From: Microcoleus vaginatus WJT46-NPBG5
Lineage (GTDB): Bacteria > Cyanobacteriota > Cyanobacteriia > Cyanobacteriales > Oscillatoriaceae
Assembly (NCBI GenBank): GCA_019359355.1
Contig: JAHHHM010000015.1
Span: 1-45,146, forward strand
DNA: 45,146 nucleotides
Direction: 5' to 3'
The position numbers were made by a program, and so were the translations under genes. Positions within the stretch are counted from its first letter, which is position 1. Every line of letters starts with the position of its first letter. The notes below the pieces were generated by a model. That model did no database searches, was not told the origin of the DNA, and saw only the letters and a list, made by a program, of their open reading frames with translations. This document shows positions 9,556 to 17,701 of this stretch, piece by piece.

Positions 9556-9969
9556 TTACGAAGGAAGATTGGGCATATAAACCAATTCCAGTTTAATTCC
9601 ATCGGGATCGGCAAAGAAGACTGCCTAGTAACCGGCAGCGTAATGGTTGTATTCGGCTGGCGGATCGAGAACTGTAGCGCCTATCTCGACAATCAACTTG
9701 TATAAATTATCAACTTGTTCACGGCTGCCGGCGTTAAAAGCAAGATGGTGCAGTCCCGGTGAGTAGCGATCATGAGTTTTGTTTGGGGAATTTAGGTTGC
9801 CGGTATAAATTAAGATGGCTCCAGCATCCTTTAACCACCACATGATGAACTCATCGGTTTTTTCCACCTGCTGATAGCCCATAAATCCTAAAATCGCGTT
9901 ATAAAACTGTTCTGATTTCGACCTATCGCTAACCGTCAAGCTTAGGTGATTCATGCTACCAAAAGTCAT
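9556..9969 (-). pseudogene. VOC/glyoxalase-family gene interrupted by a single in-frame TAG at 9625-9627. The conserved C-terminal strand AVFFADPDGIKLELVY continues in frame for 22 codons downstream of the stop.
   Basis: The 114-aa ORF ends ...EYNHYAAGY*. The same frame then reads AVFFADPDGIKLELVYMPNLPS* (9624-9559). The stop sits where a Tyr codon (TAY) is expected in the GYYAVFF..DPDG motif. Confidence 0.5.
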
Positions 9970-10200
9970 AAAAAGCCCTTCTCTTCCGGAAGAATAAATC
10001 TATTATAAACTTTGAGTTCGTTCAAGCCACTCTGCTATTGCTTTTCCTTGCTTATAATAAATCTAATAGAGTGGAAAATAGAAGCGGTTAACAAAATTTT
10101 TAATATTTAAAAATAGAGGCTGAAGAAATAATAGATGATGAAGACTTCTCTCTCAAAAAGGCTTTGTTCCTCAATCCTCAATCCTCAGCCCTTAATCATC

Positions 10201-10893
10201 TCAATTGTTGTCAGAGCTAATGATGTTGTACACCAAAACTCCTAAAATTCCCCCAACAATTGGCGCTAAAATAAACAACCACAGTTGTTGTAAAGCCCAT
10301 CCTCCTTGAAAAATCGCCACCCCAATACTTCTGGCTGGATTCACGGAAGTATTGGTTACCGGAATTCCGACTAAATGAATGAGAACCAAGACTAAACCGA
10401 TAGGAATACTGGCAAAACCCGATGGAATGTATTTAGGATGGGTGGTTGCCATGACGGCGATGATCAGAAAGAAGGTTAAGACAATTTCTGTTAATGCTGC
10501 TGCAAACAGTCCGTACCCTTCAGGAGAATGTGCTCCATACCCATTTGTCGCAAAACCGGCACTGATATCAAAGCCGGGTTTTCCTGATGCGATTGCATAT
10601 AAAATGCCGGCACCCAGTATTGCCCCAACCACTTGTGCGCCAATATAAATTGGCACCAAAGATTGCTTTAACTTTTTAGCAAATGCTAAACTCACAGTAA
10701 CTGCGGGATTAATGTGACATCCGGAGATACCGCCAATGGTGTAACACATCACCAACAAGGATAAACCAAAGGCCAGGGAAACCCCTAAATAGCCAATTTG
10801 TTTGCCGGCTAAAACTGCACTGCCACATCCGCCTAAAACTAAAACCATTGTGCCGATCATTTCGGCAATGAAAATTCTTGCTTTGCTATTCAT
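10201..10893 (-). CDS. aqpZ: Aquaporin Z (MIP-family water channel).
   Basis: Both NPA boxes are present (HINPAVT and VNPARS), with six TM segments. The first ATG is at 10893, since the ORF-track start at 10920 is TTG. Confidence 0.9.
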   Translation of the reverse strand: MNSKARIFIAEMIGTMVLVLGGCGSAVLAGKQIGYLGVSLAFGLSLLVMCYTIGGISGCHINPAVTVSLAFAKKLKQSLVPIYIGAQVVGAILGAGILYAIASGKPGFDISAGFATNGYGAHSPEGYGLFAAALTEIVLTFFLIIAVMATTHPKYIPSGFASIPIGLVLVLIHLVGIPVTNTSVNPARSIGVAIFQGGWALQQLWLFILAPIVGGILGVLVYNIISSDNN

Positions 10894-11330
10894 AATTCTG
10901 TTTATTTCGCCTTTCAACAAGTTTTCTTGCTACGTGTTTTACTTGTTGCCGGCAAAGCGGATTAACGCTTATATCAAAAGTCATACCTTTCTTAATTTTT
11001 GCACTACAAATTTAAGGTTGGTCGCTCATACTAAATTCACTCATGAGCAACAACCAATTTGGAGGACTTAACAGAAATGGTATCGAAATTTAATAAGCCA
11101 GCAACCAGAAAAAGAGGGACACTGAAAAACGCAAAAGAAGAAATTATAATTTCTTCCTTTTCTCGTCCCGTCTGACTTCTGAATATTGACTTTTAAATTA
11201 TTCCCAATAAATTTGTTTGAATAACGCACAAGTGGATGGCTGATGTAACAGATAAGTTATTCGTCACAAGTAGAATAAACTCATCTGTTACATTTATGCG
11301 TCTCGCGAGGAGCCGGTGCCACCTTTGGAT

Positions 11331-12653
11331 TTAGCAGAGGAATTCGCGGGGATCGGTCACGTAGCCGGTGAGTGCGGAAGCTGCGGCGGTGTAAGGTGAG
11401 GCAAGATAAATACCGGCCTCTTTATTCCCCATACGACCAGGGAAATTGCGGTTAGTGGTAGACACGCAGATTTCTGGTTCATTCACCCGGCCAAAGGTAT
11501 CTTTCGGGCCACCTAGACAAGCGGCGCAGGAAGGCGCAGCCGGCTCAATGCAACCAGCAGCCAGGAAAATCTCCGACAGTGTTTGTCCCTCGTATTTCTG
11601 GCTAAACAAGTCTTCATAAACCTTTTGAGTCGCCGGCACCAAATAAGTCGGCACCTTCACCTGCTTGCCTTTGAGAATCCGCGCCGCGTTCATAAAATCA
11701 GAAGTTTTGCCGCCAGTGCAGGAACCGATATAGACGCGATTAATCTTGACATCACTGCATTCTCGTGCCAAAGCGCGATTATCGGGGGAGTGCGGTTGGG
11801 CAACCACCGGCTCTAATTTAGAGACATCACCCCGCCAAGTGCTATAGAACTTCGCATCAGCGTCGGTATAAACCGGCTCAAACGGCTTATCAGTGCGGGC
11901 GCGGACATAGTCAAACGTCGTCTGATCTGGCGCAATCGTGCCATTTTTACCGCCGGCTTCAATCACCATATTGCACAGCGTCATCCGCTCTTCCATCGTC
12001 ATCCGCTCAACCGCCTCACCGGCAAATTCCATTGTCCGGTAAGTGGCACCAGAGACGCTGATATCCCCAATAATTTGCAAAATCAAATCTTTTGCCAGCA
12101 AATAATCCGGCATTTCCCCATCAAGGATAAACCGCATCGTCGCCGGCACCTTAATCAGCAACTTGCCGGTGCCCATAATAAAACCGGCATCCGTATTGCC
12201 AATGCCGGTGGCAAACTGACCAAACGCGCCGGCGTTGCAAGTGTGAGAGTCCGTGCCAAACAGCACTTCTCCCGGACGGGTATGACCTTCCTGAGCTAGG
12301 GCAATGTGGCAAACACCCTTATAATCTGGGTTTGCCTTAAAGTCCGAGCGATCGGTGATGTCGTAGAAATATTTAATCCCTTGCTCACGCGCAAAATCCC
12401 GCAAGATATCCACATTGCGGTTAGCCCGCTCATCTGCCGTGAAAATGTAATGGTCTGGAATCAGAACAATCTTGTCAGAATCCCACACCTTGGCATCTGC
12501 ACCGAATTCGCGCTTAAACACGCCAATCGTTCCAGGGCCACAAACATCATGGGTCATTAACAAATCAACATCAACCCAGATATTTTCCCCTGGCTCCACA
12601 GCCTCACGACCGGCAGCTCGTGCCAATATTTTTTCAGTGAGGGTCATCCCCAT
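11331..12653 (-). CDS. leuC: 3-isopropylmalate/homoaconitate dehydratase large subunit (aconitase family, LeuC type-2-like).
   Basis: N-terminus MGMTLTEKILARAAG. Aconitase-family Cys ligands are present (…GSCTGG…, …CLGGP…). GGAGA lies 8 nt upstream of the ATG at 12653, and the ORF-track start is TTG. Confidence 0.75.
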   Translation of the reverse strand: MGMTLTEKILARAAGREAVEPGENIWVDVDLLMTHDVCGPGTIGVFKREFGADAKVWDSDKIVLIPDHYIFTADERANRNVDILRDFAREQGIKYFYDITDRSDFKANPDYKGVCHIALAQEGHTRPGEVLFGTDSHTCNAGAFGQFATGIGNTDAGFIMGTGKLLIKVPATMRFILDGEMPDYLLAKDLILQIIGDISVSGATYRTMEFAGEAVERMTMEERMTLCNMVIEAGGKNGTIAPDQTTFDYVRARTDKPFEPVYTDADAKFYSTWRGDVSKLEPVVAQPHSPDNRALARECSDVKINRVYIGSCTGGKTSDFMNAARILKGKQVKVPTYLVPATQKVYEDLFSQKYEGQTLSEIFLAAGCIEPAAPSCAACLGGPKDTFGRVNEPEICVSTTNRNFPGRMGNKEAGIYLASPYTAAASALTGYVTDPREFLC

Positions 12654-12800
12654 AACAATTCTCCTGCGGAGACGCTCCGCGCATTCTTTCAAATCAACAG
12701 GCTACACACTCTATAGTAATGAGCGCTTCTGCTGTTTGCTTCATAAATATTTTCAACCGAGCCGGTCGTTTAGCTCGTCATTGCCGCAAGCGCAGACAAC

Positions 12801-14462
12801 TTAAGGAGAAATTGTCACCTCGCCGGCAGTCGGAGTATTACTTACAGCGCGTAACATCGTAGCCAGCGCTCGATTGTAGCCGAGAATTGCCCGCACTCGG
12901 TTGCCCTCAGAACGAGTTAACTCACTTTCAGCATCAATCACTTCACTCTGGGTGCCAACGCCGGCTTGGAAGCGCAACCGTGCCAGACGCAAAGCTTCCC
13001 GCGAACGCTCTACCTCAACAGAAGACGTTTGAATATTTTCAAAATTAGCCCTCAAGTCGTAGTAAGCTTGCTCCACCTGCAAGCGAACTTGGTTCCGTTG
13101 ATCGGCAAACTGAGTTTCCGCGATCTGCGTATCCACTTGCTCCTGATTGGCCCTAGCCCGAGTCGCGCCCCCATTATACAAATTCCATCTCAACCGCGCT
13201 CCGACAGCGTAACCGTCGGTAATGTCAAAATCATCGGCAAACACATCTAAAACGTTGTAGTTGCCAAATACACTAACTTGAGGACGCCCCCCAGCTAGTG
13301 CTACCTGCCGCTGCTGTTCGTTAATTTCCCGCTGTACTAACTGCTGTTCCAATTCAGCGCGGTTTCTAAACGCCTGCACGATGCTCTCTTCAAGCGTGAG
13401 ATTCCAAAAACCGGCCACCTCTACGGGATCTGCGGCTGAAATATTGGTTGGCAGAGACAAACTCAGCAACTGAGCCAACTGGCGTTGAGAAACCTGCTGA
13501 TCGCGCAGCGCTTGGGTGAGATTTTGTGTCTCATTGGCTAACTGTACCTGCGCCCGCAACACGTCAAACCGCGTTCCCACGCCGGCTCGTTCCAATGCCT
13601 CGGCATCTCGCAAACTTTGCTGGGCGTTTCTTACGGCAGATTGGGCGATCCGCACTTGCTCATCGGCTTGCTGTACATCGTAATAAGCATTTGCCACATC
13701 AAGCTGCAATTGCTCATCAATGCGCTCGACCTCTAGCTGATTCAGCTTGACTTGCCGGTCTGCGGCCTTGATAGTAGCAGAGCGACGTCCCGATGTGATC
13801 ACGTCGTAACTTAACTCTAACTGGCCACTCAAGCTGCGCGAAATCGTACTTCCGCCCTCCTGACCCGGTTGTTGTTGCTCCAGCCGCTCATTTTGCAGCT
13901 GCCCCTGTGCCGAATCTGAGCGGGTGACATCGGCATTTAAATCGAGTGAAGGCAGTTCTGCCGCCAGCGCTTCTTGCAGGGAATAGCGAGAACGTTGCAA
14001 TTGTTGATCAGCCACCTGTAAATCTTGATTGTTGCGCCGTGCCAGCTCAATAGCCTGCTGCAAGGTGATCGGCTGAGTTCCCTGCACTCTCACTTCTTCC
14101 GGTTTGGTGGGAAATTGCAGGGGGTTAGGGTCGGGGTTGAGATAGGCAGGAGCCGGTCTTGATGCCCCTCTTAAGGCATTGTCTCGCGGTTCTAAGGGCA
14201 CTTGTTCAGCTTCTGCGGTATCTCTTTTGTCGCTGATAGGCTGCTGGTTACTCCCGTCGGCTGTCCCTTCTGTAGTGGGCGAGGATTGGCTGGAGACGGG
14301 GGGTGTACCCCACGTTACATCTTTCCGCAATAAGTATGAATCTCCTGCAAATGGATCGGCGGGAGTAGGGGAGGGTGTTGTTTGGGAGGAACTGGGTTTG
14401 ATGTTGCTGAGGGCGACTGTAACACCCAGTCCAGCAGCTATCAGATGACGCAAGGTTGACAT
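12801..14462 (-). CDS. TolC-like outer-membrane efflux protein (OEP family) with a long Ser/Pro/Thr/Gln-rich N-terminal extension.
   Basis: Signal peptide MSTLRHLIAAGLGVTVALS. Two tandem OEP coiled-coil repeats are present (LTLQQAIELARRNNQDLQ... and LTLEESIVQAFRNRAELEQ...). First ATG is at 14462. Confidence 0.8.
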   Translation of the reverse strand: MSTLRHLIAAGLGVTVALSNIKPSSSQTTPSPTPADPFAGDSYLLRKDVTWGTPPVSSQSSPTTEGTADGSNQQPISDKRDTAEAEQVPLEPRDNALRGASRPAPAYLNPDPNPLQFPTKPEEVRVQGTQPITLQQAIELARRNNQDLQVADQQLQRSRYSLQEALAAELPSLDLNADVTRSDSAQGQLQNERLEQQQPGQEGGSTISRSLSGQLELSYDVITSGRRSATIKAADRQVKLNQLEVERIDEQLQLDVANAYYDVQQADEQVRIAQSAVRNAQQSLRDAEALERAGVGTRFDVLRAQVQLANETQNLTQALRDQQVSQRQLAQLLSLSLPTNISAADPVEVAGFWNLTLEESIVQAFRNRAELEQQLVQREINEQQRQVALAGGRPQVSVFGNYNVLDVFADDFDITDGYAVGARLRWNLYNGGATRARANQEQVDTQIAETQFADQRNQVRLQVEQAYYDLRANFENIQTSSVEVERSREALRLARLRFQAGVGTQSEVIDAESELTRSEGNRVRAILGYNRALATMLRAVSNTPTAGEVTISP

Positions 14463-14638
14463 ACGTTTTTTTTGCTCTGCTGTGTTGGAAACAACTTCAG
14501 ATTTGTCAAGCAACCTTAAGCAGAATAGCAGTTCGCTTTAACAGTTCGCTCTTGACCAAGGATTTAAGACGTTTGGGAATGGGGAATTTTCTGTATTTTC
14601 ATCCCCTCACCCCCTCTCTTTCCCTTAGCCCTTAGCCC

Positions 14639-15985
14639 CTACCGGAAGGGCAATAAAATTGTAAAGCTGCTGCCTTTGTTTAAGATGCTCGAAACCTGGA
14701 TGCTACCCTGGTGAGCTTGGGCAATGGCTTGAGCGATCGGCAAGCCGAGTCCAGAACCGCCTGTGTGCCGGGAGCGATCGCTGTTGACTCGATAGAAACG
14801 GTCAAAAATTCGCGTTTGCTCTGCCGGCACGATGCCAATGCCGGTGTCCTGGACGTGAATCATAGCATGGTGGTTGCCGCGCTCTAAAATAACCGTGATT
14901 TGACCACCGGCAGGGGTGTATTGAATGGCGTTGACGACTAAGTTTAAAACTAAACGATAAAGTTGTTCTTCGTCACCTACCACAGCCACGGGTTTGTGAG
15001 TTCGGATGTCTGTGGTGAGCTTAACACCGGCTGCGATTGCCAGATCTGCTAATTCTTCCGCGACGTCACTGATGAGATCGTTGAGACAGCAGAGAATTTG
15101 GGATTGGGAATTTGGCGGTTGCGTTTCTCTGTCCATGCGCGAGAGGAGTAACAGATCCTGAACCAGCTGGGACAGCCGGTGATTTTGGCGCTCAATGACT
15201 CGCAGGGTGTCTCGTGCTTCACCGTCGCTGAGGTGAGTCATTCTAAGAACGGATTCAACGGTTGCTCTAATGGCCGCTAAAGGGGTTCGCAATTCGTGGG
15301 CGGCATCAGAGGTGAATTGTTGGATCTGTTGGTAGGATCGGTAAATCGGTTGCATTGCCAGTCCCGCCAGCCACCAGCCGGCACCGGCAACGGCAATCAT
15401 GGCAATGGGCAATCCCAATAACAGAATCCATCCAATTGCGGCGAGATAGTCATCAAAGTCTTTGAGGGATCGTCCGACTTGAAGATATCCCCAGTTCCGG
15501 TTGTTTCGGGTGTGGAGTGGCAGGGAAATTTGACGGTAACGGTTGCCGCCGGCATCTTTGAGGGTGTGCCACGATTTTTCTGTGGAGGTGGCGGGTAATC
15601 CTGTGGGTTGGCTGCCGGCGAGGGCAATTAAGCGTCCTGAAAGATCCCCTAAGCGCACATAATACGCGCCTTGATGCAGTGCGCCGGCAGTATGACGGCG
15701 GGAGTCGGTTAGGGAGTTAGGGCAATCTTGGCCGGCTAAACAGATGTCTGGCAAGAGTTTTTGGGCGGCCGGTTCTAAGCGTCCGGGCTGTTTCAGTAGC
15801 GGTTCAATGCTATCGTGCAAGGTGCCGGCAACAGATTCTAATTCGCGATCAATGGTTACCCAGTGGGCGTGAGTAATGGCTTCGTAGACACCTATCCCAC
15901 ACAGGCTTAAAATTAGACCCATGACGCCGGCATACCAGCAGGCCAATCGCCACCGAGTTAGCTGAAAAAGTTTATTTTGGTTCAC
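14639..15985 (-). CDS. Sensor histidine kinase (2 TM, periplasmic sensor, HAMP, HisKA, HATPase_c).
   Basis: H-box AAHELRTPL and the N/G1/G2 boxes (NLVVNAIQYTP, DTGIGI, GGSGLGL) are present. There are two hydrophobic segments. The apparent start codon is GTG. Confidence 0.85.
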   Translation of the reverse strand: MNQNKLFQLTRWRLACWYAGVMGLILSLCGIGVYEAITHAHWVTIDRELESVAGTLHDSIEPLLKQPGRLEPAAQKLLPDICLAGQDCPNSLTDSRRHTAGALHQGAYYVRLGDLSGRLIALAGSQPTGLPATSTEKSWHTLKDAGGNRYRQISLPLHTRNNRNWGYLQVGRSLKDFDDYLAAIGWILLLGLPIAMIAVAGAGWWLAGLAMQPIYRSYQQIQQFTSDAAHELRTPLAAIRATVESVLRMTHLSDGEARDTLRVIERQNHRLSQLVQDLLLLSRMDRETQPPNSQSQILCCLNDLISDVAEELADLAIAAGVKLTTDIRTHKPVAVVGDEEQLYRLVLNLVVNAIQYTPAGGQITVILERGNHHAMIHVQDTGIGIVPAEQTRIFDRFYRVNSDRSRHTGGSGLGLPIAQAIAQAHQGSIQVSSILNKGSSFTILLPFR

Positions 15986-16211
15986 CGCTCGTTTCTCATT
16001 TCTGGTTGCCGGTTATGTTTGGCGTTGTCGAATTATCTAATGTTTGGTTATTCTGTTTTAAGATAAGAATTATTAGTGCTTTGGGTGAGTTTGGGTATTT
16101 ATAAAGTCGCTTGTGTTAAATAATTAATATGGATTTTTTTAACCGCAGATAAACGCAGATAAGTGCGGATATCCTTTGTAATTGTTAACTTAACTTCACA
16201 GGAGTCTGAAA

Positions 16212-16811
16212 ATGGCCGGCAAAAAAATTTTAATGCTCGTTGGTGATTTTGTAGAAGATTACGAGGTGATGGTACCTTTCCAAGCTTTACTGATGGTGGG
16301 TCACACGGTTCATGCTGTTTGCCCGGATAAGAAAGCCGGTGAGATTATTCGCACTGCTGTTCATGATTTTGAGGGTGACCAAACTTACAGCGAGAAACCC
16401 GGTCATAATTTTACTTTAAACGCTACGTTCGATGAAGTGAATGCCGCAGACTACGATGCACTTGTTGTCCCTGGTGGGAGAGCACCGGAATATATCCGCT
16501 TGAACGATAAAGTATTGGAAATTACGCGCCACTTTGCCCAAGCGAAAAAGCCAATAGCGGCAATTTGTCACGGCTTGTTGGTTTTATCGGCTGCCGGTGT
16601 TTTGGAAGGCAGACGCTGTACAGCTTACCCAGCCTGTAGCTTTGATGTGCTAAGAGCCGGCGGAAAATATAGCGAGATTCCAGCCTCGGAAGCGCTGGTA
16701 GATGGCAATTTGGTAACAGCACCGGCATGGCCGGCTCATCCCCGGTGGCTAGCTGAATTCCTCAAGCTGTTGGGCACCCGGATTGAACATTCTGAGAAGG
16801 TTGCTGTGTGA
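16212..16811 (+). CDS. DJ-1/PfpI-family protein (class I glutamine amidotransferase-like).
   Basis: [16 protein letters not shown]... and the AICHG nucleophile-elbow motif are present. A GGAG RBS is upstream. Confidence 0.85.
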   Translation: MAGKKILMLVGDFVEDYEVMVPFQALLMVGHTVHAVCPDKKAGEIIRTAVHDFEGDQTYSEKPGHNFTLNATFDEVNAADYDALVVPGGRAPEYIRLNDKVLEITRHFAQAKKPIAAICHGLLVLSAAGVLEGRRCTAYPACSFDVLRAGGKYSEIPASEALVDGNLVTAPAWPAHPRWLAEFLKLLGTRIEHSEKVAV

Positions 16812-16934
16812 GGAGACTGGGGTAAATACTCAGATTACATATCATACCTTGGTGCAAAATAGTGATTTACATCACAAAAATTTTAAAAAGATTCGTTAGA
16901 TTAGAACTAACCGCTCTAATCTGGGGAGGCTCCT

Positions 16935-17375
16935 ATGAGTCTAATCAAGCAGGTAGAAATCCGGACTTTAACATCCGCCAAGTCTGGAATGGTTGAGTTT
17001 TACACCCCTCAGTCTAGCCACGAAACCATGTTAGTGCAGGTTGCGGCTGGGGTTGTTGACGATATATTTGTGCATCATTTCCAAACAGATCAATTGCTGG
17101 TGGTACGTGGCAGTTTTGTGTTAGTCATCTTACAAAACCGGCAATATCGCTATATTCCTTTAAGTGAACACTTGCCGGCTGTTGCCACGATTCCTGCCGG
17201 CGTGCCTCACGGGGCGATAAACTTTAGCGATGAACCGTGTGTGATGGTGAATGCTGTGTTAAGACATGGCATCGCTAACGAACGAGATTACCGTCCCATG
17301 AAGCCACGAATTCCTTATAATCTGGCAGCAGCTAAAGCAGCTTTAGAACAGCTTCTCCATCCTGCTACAGCTTAA
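16935..17375 (+). CDS. Hypothetical protein, possibly a cupin-fold protein.
   Basis: 146-aa ORF with a beta-rich pattern and conserved His/Gly positions (VPHGAINFSDEP). The family assignment is tentative. Confidence 0.4.
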   Translation: MSLIKQVEIRTLTSAKSGMVEFYTPQSSHETMLVQVAAGVVDDIFVHHFQTDQLLVVRGSFVLVILQNRQYRYIPLSEHLPAVATIPAGVPHGAINFSDEPCVMVNAVLRHGIANERDYRPMKPRIPYNLAAAKAALEQLLHPATA

Positions 17376-17424
17376 TATGTAAAGCCGGCAACTTTCACTT
17401 CCTCTGTTTCAAAAACTTATTTGA

Positions 17425-17646
17425 ATGGAAGTTATTAAAGTCAAAGTTAAACCCAATTCCAAACAACAAACCATACAGGAAGAACCGGATGGAAGTTTTA
17501 CGGTACATTTGAAATCACCGCCGGTGGATGGCAAAGCGAATGAGGAATTAATTAAACTTCTGGCTAAAAAGTTTAATTTTCCAAAATCTCAAATTACAAT
17601 TAAATCAGGGTTATCTTCCAGAAATAAGTTGGTTGAATTGGGATAG
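17425..17646 (+). CDS. DUF167 (YggU/UPF0235) family protein.
   Basis: 73 aa. The segment [10 protein letters not shown]...[33 protein letters not shown] matches the YggU-family pattern. Confidence 0.7.
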   Translation: MEVIKVKVKPNSKQQTIQEEPDGSFTVHLKSPPVDGKANEELIKLLAKKFNFPKSQITIKSGLSSRNKLVELG

Positions 17647-17701
17647 AAGGGAAATTTTTTGATTAAAAAGTGCCCCAGTCGTTGGTAGGCGGGACTGGAA
17701 A

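Noticed and set aside
12966-14448. Plus-strand ORFs (94, 74, 89 aa) inside the TolC-like gene, and the TTG or GTG ORF-track starts for several genes (5587, 10920, 12692, 14513, 29057, 41223).
   Set aside because: The internal ORFs are antisense to a supported gene. The long-ORF starts are non-ATG codons. Downstream ATGs, with an RBS where one was clear, and conserved N-termini were preferred.
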